From: the human T2T-CHM13v2.0 reference genome, Homo sapiens
Direction: 5' to 3' (one strand)
Assembly (NCBI RefSeq): GCF_009914755.1
Contig: NC_060926.1
Length of the DNA stretch: 64,000 bases
In this document: one piece after another, positions 1-21,720 of the stretch
Position numbering within the stretch: position 1 is the first letter of the stretch
How the letters are laid out: the number at the start of each line of letters is the position of its first letter
Made by a program: the position numbers and the translations under genes
The notes under the pieces: generated by a model
Databases searched by the model: none
The model's input: the letters and a program-made list of their open reading frames with translations, nothing else
Told to the model about the DNA's origin: nothing

Positions 1-3472
<3,472 letters not shown>

Positions 3473-3838
3473 TAAAAGTAAGTCTATAGCAACATTGAGA
3501 AATGCTTGATATTTCATGGACTATTACTATGAAAAGATATGCTTATTTGTCCATGATTATTCAGTAAATATACTAAGTCACTAGTAAGTGACAGAGGAGG
3601 AACACAAGCCAGGGTCTTCATAGGCCAGTTGATGTGTTGGTAACAGAATACGGAAGGTTCTTCATCCCTGCTTTTAGACAGTTTAATCCTATTTCATCAG
3701 TGTAATCCTTGCTTCATATTCTCATGAATATGATGAGGTGAGGTGAGGTGATAAGAAAATATGGTGAGGGATAAGAAAATATCACATAAGGGTAAATTTT
3801 ACCTTGTGTAAATTGAGACTTAAACACTAAAACACTGT

Positions 3839-4358
3839 TCTAGGCAGAGGTTCTCAAACCTCAATTCTTGATGTCTGTCCACTCACAGGCTCAACACTAC
3901 ATGGAAGCTGCCAAGGCTTGAGGCTTGAACCCTCTGAAGCCATGGCCCAAGCTCTACGCTGGACCCTTTCAACCATGGCTGGAGTGGCTGGGATGCAGTG
4001 CACCAAGTCCCTAGGTTGCACACAGCACGGGGACCCTGGGCCCGGCCCATGAAACCACTTTTTCCTCCCAGGCCTTTGGGCCTGTGATAGGAGGGGCTGC
4101 TGCAAAGGTTTTTTTGACATGTCCTAGAGACATTTTTCACCATTGTCTTGGTGATTAATATTTGGTTCCTCATTACTTATGCAAATTTCTGCAGCCAGCT
4201 TGGATTTCTCCTCAGAAAATGAGATTTTCTTTTCTATTGCATTGTCAGGCTGCAAATTTTCCAAACTGTTATGCGCTGCGTCCTTATAAAACTGAATGCC
4301 ATTAACAGCACCCAAGTCACCCCTTGCATGCTTTGCTGCTTAGAAATTTCTTCTGCCA
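3839..4358 (-). mobile_element. THE1 (MaLR) internal region, outer element, left part
   Basis: Reverse complement of THE1-int (gcagcctgacaatgcaatagaaaagaaaa...). It resumes at about 6027. Confidence 0.85.
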
Positions 4359-6021
4359 TGATATGGTTTGGCTGTGTCCCCACCCAAATCTCATCTTGAA
4401 TTTCCACGTGTTGTGGGGAGGGACCTGGCAGGAGGCAATAGAATCATGGGGGCAGGTCTTTCTTGTGCTGTTCTCGTGATACCCAGTCATGGATATGTTT
4501 TACCCATGATTTAGGGTATCTGGTGGGATAAATTTCTAAGCAGCAAAGCATTCAAGAGGTGACTTGGGTGCTGTTAAAGGCGTTCAGTTTTATAAGGGAA
4601 GCAGAGCATAAAAGTTTGGAAAATTTGCAGCCTGACAATGCAATAAAAAAGAAAATCTCATTTTCTGAGGAGAAAGTCAAGTCAGCTGTAGAAATTTGCA
4701 TAAGTAACAGGGAGCCAAATGTTAATCACCAAGACAAGGGGAAAATGTCTCCAGGGTACATCAGAGGTCTTCATGGCAGCCCTTCCCATCACAAGCCTGG
4801 AGGCCTAGAAAGAAAAAGTGGTTTCGTGTGCTGGGCCCAGGGTCCCTGTGCTGTGTGCAGCCTAGGAACTTGGTGCCCTGTGTCCCAGCTGCTCCAGCCA
4901 TGGCTGAAGGGCCAATGTAGAGCTCGGGCCATGGCTTCAGACAGAGGGTGCAAGCCCCAAGCCTTGGCAGCTTCCATGTGGTGTTGAGCCTTCAAGTGCA
5001 TAGATATCAAGAATTGAAGTTTGGGAACCTCTGCCTAGATTTCAGATGTATGGAAACACCAGAATGCCCAGGCAGAGGGGCAGGTCCTCATGGAGAACCT
5101 CTGTCAGGGTAGTGCAGAAGGGAAATGTGGGGTGGGAGCCCCCACACAGAGTTTCTACTGGGGCACTGCCTAGTGGAGCTGTGAGAAGAGAGCCATTGTC
5201 CTCCAGACCCCAGAATGGTAGATCCACTGACAGCTTACACCGTTCGCCTAGAAGAGCTTCAGGCACTCAATGTCAGCCTGTGAAGGCAGCCAGAAGGGAA
5301 GCTGTACCCTGCAAAGCCACAGGGGCGGAGCTTCCCAAGACTATGGGAACCTACTACCTCTTGATCAGCATGACCTGGATGTGAGACATGGAGTCAAAGG
5401 AGATCATTTTGGAGCATGTGCCACCACACCCTGCTAATTTTGTATTTATAGTAGAGACGGGGTTTCTCCATGTTGGTCAGGTTGGTCTCGAACTCCTGAC
5501 CACAGGTGATCCACCCACCTCGGCCTCCCAAAGTGCTGGGATTATAGGTGTGAGCCACTGCACCCGGCCTGGACTCTGGACTTCTGAGTTAATGCTGAAA
5601 TGAGACTTTGGAGGACTGTTGGGAAGGCGTGATTGGGTTTGAAATGTGAGGACATGAGATTTGGGAGGGGCTGGGGTGGAATGATATGGTTTGGCTATGT
5701 CCCCACCCAAATCTCATCTTGAATTTTCATGTGTTGTGGGAGGGACCCAATAGGAGGTAATTGAACCATGGGGCAGGTCTTTCCTGTGCTATTCTCGTGA
5801 TAGCGAGTAAGTCTCATAAGATCTGACGGTTTTAAAAAGGGGAGTTTCCCTGTGCAAGCTCTCTTCTCTTGTCTGCCCTATGTGAGACATGCCTTTCGCC
5901 TTCCACCATGATTGTGAGGCCTCCCCAGTCAAGTGGAACTGTAAGTCCATTAAACCTCTTTCTTTTGTAAAACGCCCAGTCATGGGTATGTTTATCAGCA
6001 GCCTGAAAACGGACTGCTGCA
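4359..6021 (+). mobile_element. THE1 element (deleted 5' LTR, internal region, 3' LTR 5682-6021) nested in the outer THE1, with an Alu fragment at about 5412-5570
   Basis: LTR starts TGATATGGTTTGGCT(G/A)TGTCCCCACCCAAATCTCATCTTGAA at 4359 and 5682. LTR end ...gaaaacggact...ca at 6021. Confidence 0.85.
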
Positions 6022-6562
6022 AGTCAGATACCCTAAATCATCTCTCTCAAGTTCAAAGTTCCACAAATCTCTAGGGCAGGGGCAAAATGCCACCAGTCTC
6101 TTTGCTAAAACATAACAAGAGTGACCTTTGCTCAAGTTTCCAACAAGTTCCTCATCTCCGAGACCACCTTAGCCTGGACCTTATTGTTCGTATCACTATC
6201 AGCATTTTTGTCAAAGCCATTCAACAAGTCTCTAAGAAGTTACAAGCTTTCCCGCATTCTCCTATCTTCTTCTGAGCCCTCCAAATTGTTCCAACCTCTG
6301 CCTGTTACCCAGTTCCAATGTCACTTCCACATTTTCAGGTACCTTTTCAACAGTGACCCACTCTACTGGTGCCAATTTGCTGTATTTGTCTGTTTTCGCG
6401 CTGCTGATAAAGACATACCTGAGACTGGGCAATTTACAAAAGAAAGAGGTTGAGTTGGACTCACAGTTCCACATAGCTGCGGAGGCCTCACAATCATGGT
6501 GGAAGTTAAGGAGGAGCAAGCCACATCTTCTGTGGATGGTGGCAGGCAAAAAGACTGCTCCC
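6022..6562 (-). mobile_element. THE1 internal region plus partial 5' LTR (from about 6381), outer element, right part
   Basis: gataccctaaatcatctctctcaagttcaaag continues from ...atttcttctgcca at 4358. LTR end tgtatttgtctgttttc..gctgctgataaagacatacc. Confidence 0.85.
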
Positions 6563-6869
6563 TTCATAATTTTCAAAAGAAAATTGAGAAATTATAGAAA
6601 TGGAAATATGTTTTTAAACTTGTAGTGAGTAGCAGAGTCAGATAAGACAAAGACTCTAGCAGAGACAGGGATAAGAGGCGGATCTTCAGAAGAGACTGGG
6701 ATAAGGGGTGGATCTTTGGGAAACCCCAAAGACAAAGATACAGATTTCCAGTGTTTCTTCACCTCCACAGTTGGATGGAATCTCTTTCCTCTGAACAATC
6801 TGCACTTCTCCTTGGCTCTCTTATGACACTTATTATTTTCTACCTTATTTTAGGATTTTAAAAAAAAAA

Positions 6870-9055
6870 TTTTTTTTTTAATTTTATTTTTTTTTAATTG
6901 ATCATTCTTGGGTGTTTCTCACAGAGGGGGATTTGGCAGGGTCATAGGACACTAGTGGAGGGAAGGTCAGCAGACAAACAAGTGAACAAAGGTCTCTGGT
7001 TTTCCTAGGCAGAGTGTGTGTGTCCCTGGGTACTTGAGATTAGGGAATGGTGATGACTCTTAATGAGCATGCTGCCTTCAAGCATCTGTTTAACAAAGCA
7101 CATCTTGCACCGCCCTTAATCCATTTAACCCTGAGTGGACACAGCACATGTTTCAGAGAGCACAGGGTTGGGGGTAAGGTCATAGATCAACAGGATCCCA
7201 AGGCAGAAGAATTTTTCTTAGTACAGAACAAAATGAAAAGTCTCCCATGTCTACTTCTTTCTACACAGACACGGCAACCATCCGATTTCTCAATCTTTTC
7301 CCCACCTTGCCCCCTTTTCTATTCCAGAAAACCGCCGTCGTCATCATGGCCCATTCTCAATGAGCTGTTGGGTACACCTCCCAGACGGGGTGGTGGCCGG
7401 GCAGAGGGGCTCCTCACTTCCCAGTAGGGGTGGCCGGGCAGAGGCGCCCCTCAGCTCCCAGACCGGGTGGCTGGCCAGGCGGGGGGCTGACCCCCCCACC
7501 TCCCTCCCGGACGGGGCGGCTGGCTGGGCAGAGGGGCTCCTGGCTGGGCAGAGGGGCTCCTCACTTCCCAGTAGGGGCGGCCGGGCAGAGGTGCCCCTCA
7601 CCTCCCGGATGGGGCGGCTGGCCGGGCGGGGGGCTGACCCCCACCTCCCTCCCGGACGGGGTGGCTGCCGGGCGGAGACGCTCCTCACTTCCCAGACAGG
7701 GTGGCAGCCAGGCGGAGGGGCTCCTCACTTCTCAGACAGGGCGGTTGCCAGGAGGAGGGTCTCCTCACTTCTCAGACGGGGCGGCCGGGCAGAGACGCTC
7801 CTCACCTCCCAGACGGGGTCGCGGCCGGGCCGAGGCGCTCCTCACATCCCAGACGGGGCGGCAGGGCAGAGGCGCTCCCCACATCTCAGAGGATGGGCTG
7901 CGGGGCAGAGACGCTCCTCACTTCCTAGATGGGATGGCGGCCGGGACGAGGCGCTCCTCACTTCCCAGGTGGGATGGCGGCCGGGCAGAGACGCTCCTCA
8001 CTTTCCAGACTGGCAGCCAGGCAGAGGGGCTCCTCACATCCCAGACGATGGGCAGCCAGGCAGAGAGGCTCCTCACTTCCCAGACGGGGTGGCGGCCGGG
8101 CAGAGGCTGCAATCTCCGCACTTTGCAGGGCCAAGGCAGGCGGCTGGGAGGTGGAGGCCGTAGCGAGCCGAGATCACGCCACTGCACTCCAGCCTGGGCA
8201 CCATTGAGCACTGAGTGAATGAGACTCCGTCTGCAATCCCGGCACCTCGGGAGGCCGAGGCTGGCGGATCACTCGCGGCTAGGAGCTGGAGACCAGTCCG
8301 GCCAACACAGCGAAACCCCGTCCCCACCAAAAAAACACGAAAACCAGTCAGGCGTGGCGGCGCGCGCCTGCAATCGCAGGCACTCGGCAGGCTGAGGCAG
8401 GAGAATCAGGCAGGGAGGCTGCAGCGAGCCGAGATGGCAGCAGTACAGTCCAGCTTTGGCCCAGCATGAGAGGGAGACTGTGGAAAGGAGAGGGAGAGGG
8501 AGACGGGAGAGGGAGAGGGAGACGGGAGAGGGAGAGGGAGACGGGAGAGGGAGAGGGAGACGGGAGAGGGAGAGGGAGACGGGAGAGGGAGAGGGAGACG
8601 GGAGAGGGAGAGGGAGACGGGAGAGGGAGAGGGAGAGGGAGAGGGAGAGGGAGACGGGAGAGGGAGAGGGAGAGGGAGAGGGAGAGGGAGACGGGAGAGG
8701 GAGAGGGAGAGGGAGACGGGAGAGGGAGAGGGAGACGGGAGAGGGAGAGGGAGAGGGAGACGGGAGAGGGAGAGGGAGAGGGAGACGGGAGAGGGAGAGG
8801 GAGAGGGAGACGGGAGAGGGAGAGGGAGAGGGAGACGGGAGAGGGAGAGGGAGAGGGAGACGGGAGAGGGAGAGGGAGACGGGAGAGGGAGAGGGAGACG
8901 GGAGAGGGAGACGGGAGAGGGAGAGGGAGACGGGAGAGGGAGACGGGAGAGGGAGAGGGAGACGGGAGAGGGAGAGGGAGACGGGAGAGGGAGAGGGAGA
9001 CGGGAGAGGGAGAGGGAGACGGGAGAGGGAGAGGGAGAGGGAGACGGGAGAGGGC
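6870..9055 (-). mobile_element. Full-length SVA retrotransposon (subfamily probably C/D, not resolved)
   Basis: From the + strand end: (CCCTCT)n-type head 8488-9054, Alu-like region about 8105-8487, GC-rich VNTR about 7375-8105, SINE-R about 6897-7370, poly(A) (T-run) 6870-6896. TSD TATTTTAGGATTTT at 6846-6859 and 9056-9069. Confidence 0.96.
8488..9054. repeat. Compound (GGGAGA)/(GGGAGAC) tandem repeat, SVA hexamer head, about 570 bp
   Basis: Directly visible. Confidence 0.95.
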
Positions 9056-9109
9056 TATTTTAGGATTTTTAATGCAGGTTTAATCTCACTTTCTAAACCC
9101 ATTCCATGC

Positions 9110-9330
9110 TGTGCAGTTTCCTCAACCATCAAAGTCTGAGGAAGCTGAGAGGCTAAAGAGGCTGACATACCCAGTTTCTTGGAAAGAAACATTTGATAGA
9201 GACTTACGAACAGAAGCCATATCTGTGTCTTGGACAGTGGTGAGACAAGACGGTGGATCCCCGCACCATTACCTGCAAGACCCAGGGCTTATATACCTTA
9301 GGGAAAGAGTGATTTGGAAGGGATGTGTAG
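9110..9330 (-). mobile_element. ERV1-type LTR fragment (family unresolved)
   Basis: LTR-like sequence with a TATA-like cttatatac. Recognition is tentative. Confidence 0.35.
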
Positions 9331-9554
9331 TCTAAAATTCAACAGATTTGCACCATGAAGAGGTCACTGACCTAAAGGTATGCTTTATTGATCTTACACT
9401 GGTGTCTATATAAATATAGGAATAGAAGGTGGAAATATATCAATATGTCCATGATTTTTCTGAAATCATTCTGAAATTAGACTGGTCTGTTTGCCATCTG
9501 AATGTCAGTGTTTTCATATATACCCTTAGTTTATACACGTTTACATAGCCATTT

Positions 9555-10510
<956 letters not shown>

Positions 10511-10559
10511 GATACCCAGAATTTTCTAAAAGCATTTCTGTTTATAATGATACCGTAGA

Positions 10560-11040
10560 GGATTAAAGATTGGTGCAATTTTTTTTGACATTCTTTCCGT
10601 TGAGAGATGGGGATCTGTGTCTCTTCCCCTTGAACATGAGCTGGTCTATGACTGCTTTGACCAATACAATACAATAGAAGTGATACTGTACCTGTGCCAG
10701 TCATAGCCTTTAACAGGACTAGAAATTTCCACCTTGGCCTCTTGGAGCCCTGAGTTGCCACATTAGAAGTCTGGCGACCCTGAAATGCCATGGTGGAATA
10801 GCTGTGTTGGGAGGGGAGAGGGAGGGAGGGAAGGGGATGTCTTAGGCAGCTTCCAGCTTCGATTTGCATCATCTCAGTCCAGCTGATGCTCCAGATATTG
10901 CAAAGCAGAGAGAGATGAACCTCTTTTCTGACTTCTTTGAATTCCTGACCCTCAGAATTGTGAGAATTATATCAAAAGTATAAACTGTTTTAAGAACTAG
11001 GTTTAGGAGGAGTTTATTAAGCATCATTAGTTAACTGGGT
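10560..11040 (+). mobile_element. MLT1 (MaLR) LTR
   Basis: tctcttccccttgaa..ctatgactgctttgaccaat..agaagtgat and aattcctgaccctcagaattgtgag..gttttaag. Confidence 0.65.
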
Positions 11041-11232
11041 TTTTGGAGTGTGGCGACGGTATTTGTGGACACTGTCCCAGGAACATGAGCTGTCATATCC
11101 CCTCCTCTTCCACTTCCCATTGCAACCAATAAAGGCTGTTCCTACTATAAAAAACAGAGAGAGTGGGAGAAAGAAGAAAAAATCTCCCAAATCATTAACT
11201 AGAACAGATGTTTTAAGATAACCAACAATTAC

Positions 11233-11238
11233 TTTAAT
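11233..11238 (-). terminator. Candidate distal polyadenylation signal ATTAAA of CMKLR2
   Basis: tttaat on + strand. The minus strand continues into a U/GU-rich stretch. Confidence 0.5.
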
Positions 11239-11391
11239 TCATAAATGTATATACATAGATTACATAAAGAAATTAAGTACACATGTTGCATTTTAAAAAT
11301 GTGTCTAGCAGGTTATTGTACAAAATTAAAATGAATTTAAGAATACATTTTAACATTTTTAAAATTAGTTAATCATATATTTATTTATCTA

Positions 11392-11746
<355 letters not shown>

Positions 11747-11873
11747 TAACTGATATTGCTTCAAAAGTGATTAATTCACCATGGTATAATTAACAAGAAT
11801 GATGCATTTCATTTAAGTTGCAGAAAAAAATTATGCGGATCCTTCCTAAGTATTTTCAGTTTTTTAAAAAAAA

Positions 11874-11879
11874 TTTATT
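11874..11879 (-). terminator. Candidate proximal polyadenylation signal AATAAA of CMKLR2
   Basis: tttatt on + strand, about 195 nt after the stop codon and upstream of the 3'UTR Alu. Confidence 0.45.
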
Positions 11880-12074
11880 GCCACATCACAAGGAGTCAAG
11901 AGGATCCTTCCTAAGTTTCATATCCACACAAAAATGTGATGCCTATATAGTGACCAGAAACAATAACTATGAAAGTGGAGTCGGCTCTCTATCTTGGAAA
12001 CAATTTTAATCTGAAAGCATCAGTCAGAGGACCCACATAAAAAGCCATATACTGATTTGTGGAAAAGTAATAAC

Positions 12075-13142
12075 TTATTGAGCTGTTTCCAGGAGACACA
12101 GATTCTTGGTTTCTGAGTTCCTGAGCTGTTCACTCACTGTGCCAGAACAGCTGACTTCCCACAGTGTGTACTTGAGTATCTCAGCAACTGAGGACCGGAA
12201 GCGAGCTTGGAACTTCTTACTAATTAGGACATAAAGGATGGGGTTCAAGCAACTATTGAGGAATGCCAAACCAGTGGAGAGGGGGATTCCAGCCTGCATC
12301 ACATGGTGGGAATAGCTATTGTGGTGAATGGTGAGCTCCCAAATGCTAAACAGGTGATAAGGAGTCCAGCAAACCACAAAGGCCACAACCACAACCAGAA
12401 TTGTCCAGAAATGCCTACTGGAGATCAGGATGCTTCGCTTCTTCACCTTGAAGATGAGACACAAGTAGCAAATACTCATTGTTAGCAAAGGGAAGAGATA
12501 GCCAATGATAAATTTCACCCAAGTCAGAACATGGTGCCTGATCAAAGTGAGGTCAGGATCATGCTTCTGAAAATTGTTATAGCAAAGAGTATGATTATTG
12601 AACTCCACAGTGTCCCGGAAGTACAGGGCAGGACCGCCAATTAGAGAAGCCAAAAGCCAGATGAATATAATGACAATCAGAGAGTTCTTGAGGGTTCGAT
12701 GCCGATGAGATAAGACAGGATGGATCAAGTGGATATAGTGGTCCAGGCTGATCACTGTCAGGAAAAAAACACTGGCAAACATGTTCAACTGGGCAGTGAA
12801 GGAATTGGCTTTGCACAGCCAGATGCCAAAGGGCCAGTGGAAATTCATGGCCACATAGGAGATGTACAGGGGCAGAAAGAGAAGAAAAATGAAATCCGCA
12901 ATGGCTAGATTGAGGAACCACAGAGTGGTGACTGTCTTCTTCCACTTGAACCCCGTGAACCAAATGACGATGGCATTTCCTGGAATTCCCAGAACAAAAG
13001 CCAAACAATATAACACCAGGGAGACCCAGTGAACAACTCCCAGCTGGACTTTCTCCTCCAAATCAGACTCCAGAGAGTAATAGTCTAGGTCATAGGAATA
13101 GTTTTCAAATTCTTCAAATAATGTTTCCTCCAAATCTTCCAT
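12075..13142 (-). CDS. CMKLR2: Chemerin chemokine-like receptor 2 (G protein-coupled receptor 1), 355 aa class A 7TM GPCR, intronless CDS
   Basis: ORF MEDLEETLFEEFENYSYDLDYY...LLETAQ. Class A motifs: GN in TM1 (GIPGNA), LAIAD in TM2, WPFG..C in ECL1, DHY replacing DRY, CWTPYH in TM6, NPILY in TM7. Kozak context GTCATGG. Sequence recognised as human GPR1. Confidence 0.98.
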   Translation of the reverse strand: MEDLEETLFEEFENYSYDLDYYSLESDLEEKVQLGVVHWVSLVLYCLAFVLGIPGNAIVIWFTGFKWKKTVTTLWFLNLAIADFIFLLFLPLYISYVAMNFHWPFGIWLCKANSFTAQLNMFASVFFLTVISLDHYIHLIHPVLSHRHRTLKNSLIVIIFIWLLASLIGGPALYFRDTVEFNNHTLCYNNFQKHDPDLTLIRHHVLTWVKFIIGYLFPLLTMSICYLCLIFKVKKRSILISSRHFWTILVVVVAFVVCWTPYHLFSIWELTIHHNSYSHHVMQAGIPLSTGLAFLNSCLNPILYVLISKKFQARFRSSVAEILKYTLWEVSCSGTVSEQLRNSETKNLCLLETAQ

Positions 13143-13285
13143 GACCTTGCTAAATGGAGAATGAAGAAATCTGTAGAAGCAAATTTAAAAAGAAAGAAAA
13201 AATTTTAAAAGAAAAATAAAAGTTCAGTGAATGATAAGGAACGTGAAGATAAAAATATTTCAGGTTATGGACCAGACATAGTATT

Positions 13286-15525
<2,240 letters not shown>

Positions 15526-16258
15526 CTCTGCCTTTTTTCTTATCAAGACCAGTTTTTCTGGGTTAAGAAGACTTGAATGTCAGTTTTTCAATCAGCACAA
15601 AAGTATACTGTGTGTAACTCTGTCTTCTTCCATTTTATTTTGTGCTATTTCTATCTGTAGTATTGAATGAAGATCAAGCAGAAAAAAGATTAATAGTTAT
15701 ATTCATTTCATGGAGTTACAATCATACATGAGGCAAGTATGTAAAATTTTAGATTATAGTAGGGTTAGAATAAAGAGGTCAAAACATCCTGTGTTGCTCA
15801 CAGGCATCTCAAATTCAATTTGACTATCGCTGAATTCATCATCCTACCTAAAACCTTCTGAGAAATCCGGCAGGGCAAAAAACAGAAGCAATTTATTCCC
15901 TTCCTCCCAACCCTAGCCCAGCAACTTTTTTGTTCTTCAATATTCAATTCAAATGCCACCTTTCTTAGAAACATTTTCTGACTTACCTTCCTGCAGATAA
16001 TTATAATAATTATTATTGTTATTATTAAAACAATTTATAATAAAATGATAGTCAATGTTATTGAGAATTTACTAGATGCCAGACATGTATGATCTAATTT
16101 GATCCTCATAAGAATCTTACATACACTTGTAATCCCAGTGCTTTGGGAGGCCAAGGCAGGAGGATTGCTTGAGCCTAAGAGTTTGAGACAAGCCTGGACA
16201 ACAAAGTGAGAAACTGTCTCTTAAAAAAAAAAAAAAGATCTTACATTGTGGGTAAGTA

Positions 16259-18096
<1,838 letters not shown>

Positions 18097-19830
18097 TACT
18101 ATTATTGGTCTCATTTTTAACAAACAACACTGAAGCTTATAGAAGCTTAGTAACTTACTCAAGATCACACAACCTGCAATTGCAGAGTCAGGATCTAAAG
18201 TCAGATCTGTTGGACCCATGGCCTGAGCTCTTAACCACTACAGCATTCCCCCTTCTGTCATACTTGTCTTATCACACTTAACACGTTATGTTGTCATTAA
18301 TTTATTTTTAATTTCTTCTCTATTAGACTGTGAACTCTTTGAGAATAAGGACTGTCATGGCTGTACCCCCAGTGCCTTGTACACCTTAATATATCACAGG
18401 TGATTAACAGATGCTTAAGAAATGATTGGCTCCCATTCCAAACCAAAGATAATTTTAAAACTTCAGGTGAGATTTTGTGAGTTCACCCCTAAGTCAGGGT
18501 CACTGCCAGACTCTCTCCAACCTTGACCCACAGTTCCTTTTTTTTTTGGATGGAGTCTCACTTTGTCACCCAGGCTGGAGTGCAGTGGCGTGATCTCGGC
18601 TCATGCAACCTTTGTCCCCCGAGTTCAAGTGATTCTCCTGCCTCAGCCTCCAGAATAGTTGGGATTACAACTGCCACCATGCCCCGCTAATTTTTTTTGT
18701 ATTTTTAGTAGAAACAAGGTTTCACCTTCTTGGCCAGGCTGGTCTTGAACTCCTGACCTCGTGATCCACCCGTCTCAGCCTCCCAAAGTGCTGCGATTAC
18801 AGGAGTGAGCCACCGCACCTGGCTGACCCACAGTTCTATCATCAGGATCTTGGCTTATTCCTGGACACCAAATCCCTTCCTTCGTGTGTCCTATTCCAGT
18901 GAGCAAGAATTGGCTCCTGTCATGCTGCCCCATTCTTTCAGGCCTGGGATCTCACTCTGCCCTCTCACTTACTCCTTCTGGTGGCTGACTCTCCCCAGTG
19001 TCAGATCCTTCCCAGCTTAGTCTAAAACTTTGTCTTTTCTGTGTACTAGGACATCCTTACCTTACAGGTGCCTATGATCTGTTCCTTTAGGCTGTTAGCA
19101 ATTCAGAAGCCATATGGCCCATGGGGTGGTCTGAATCACCTTATAAAACCCTAAACAGAATCTCATTCCCCAAACAAAGAAAAGCCCATGGAAGACCCCT
19201 AATAGCTTCTAACCACTATCCTCACCAAAAGTCAGGAGCCTCCCCTTCCAATGTCATTATTGACCCTGCTGGGACAGTGTGATCATCGCAGGGCCTGTTG
19301 AAGGCAACCGTCTTCTTCCGCATTCTGTTGGGGCAGGGGATTGGAGGGTGGGATACTGGTATGTTTACGTGTGTGTGTGTATGCCTTGAGGATGAGTGAT
19401 CTATCTGAATAGAACACCTTCAAACAGAAAGCCCTGCACCAGAGAGGTTCCTAATCTTCCAGGAAGCAGATGAACACATTAGATTTAAGGTGTAGTTCAG
19501 CCTTGGAGAAAAAGCTTCAAGAACAGCTGGTTGATGCTCACCTGAATCCTTTATGGGAAATAGGAGCTTAGGAATTCCCCTAAGACTTACAGCAGATGTT
19601 TTTGTTTGATGATGATGGTGAGGGGTAGGGATAGAGTGGAGAAAAGAGAAACGGCAGAACTTAGCAACTGTCCTACTGAGTCCTTGAGTAGACACAGTTA
19701 ACTTTTGAAGACATACTCTTGTTTACCTATTATAACTTGTTTGGCCACTGCTTTACAGTTTTCAGGTACTTCCAGATCTAAGTAAGTTTCCAGACCTCAT
19801 TTAAACCTTCCCAAATATCTAGAGACTAAA

Positions 19831-20605
<775 letters not shown>

Positions 20606-20644
20606 CTAACTCAGGAGTGGCAACCACCATTTCTGAATCCCGAT

Positions 20645-21720
<1,076 letters not shown>

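Noticed and set aside
3854-6625. ORFs such as SLENLQPDNAIEKK...
   Set aside because: Fragmented THE1 internal and LTR translations.
6658-6720. 30-bp tandem duplication (agagac.gggataag.gg.ggatctt); similar small ones at 3747-3783, 44651-44712 and 60945-60977
   Set aside because: Ordinary local slippage duplications with no evidence of function.
7375-8105. Repeat-spacer-like periodic array (ctcctcacttcccagac)
   Set aside because: SVA VNTR with related units, not a CRISPR array. The DNA is eukaryotic and has no cas genes.
7047-9139. Long ORFs of 205-267 aa (GR/RE-rich, QTG repeats)
   Set aside because: Stop-poor translations of the SVA VNTR and hexamer. SVAs are non-coding.
12595-13008. 137-aa alternative-frame ORF within GPR1
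   Set aside because: Non-ATG (TTG) start and a by-product of the coding sequence. No recognisable motif.
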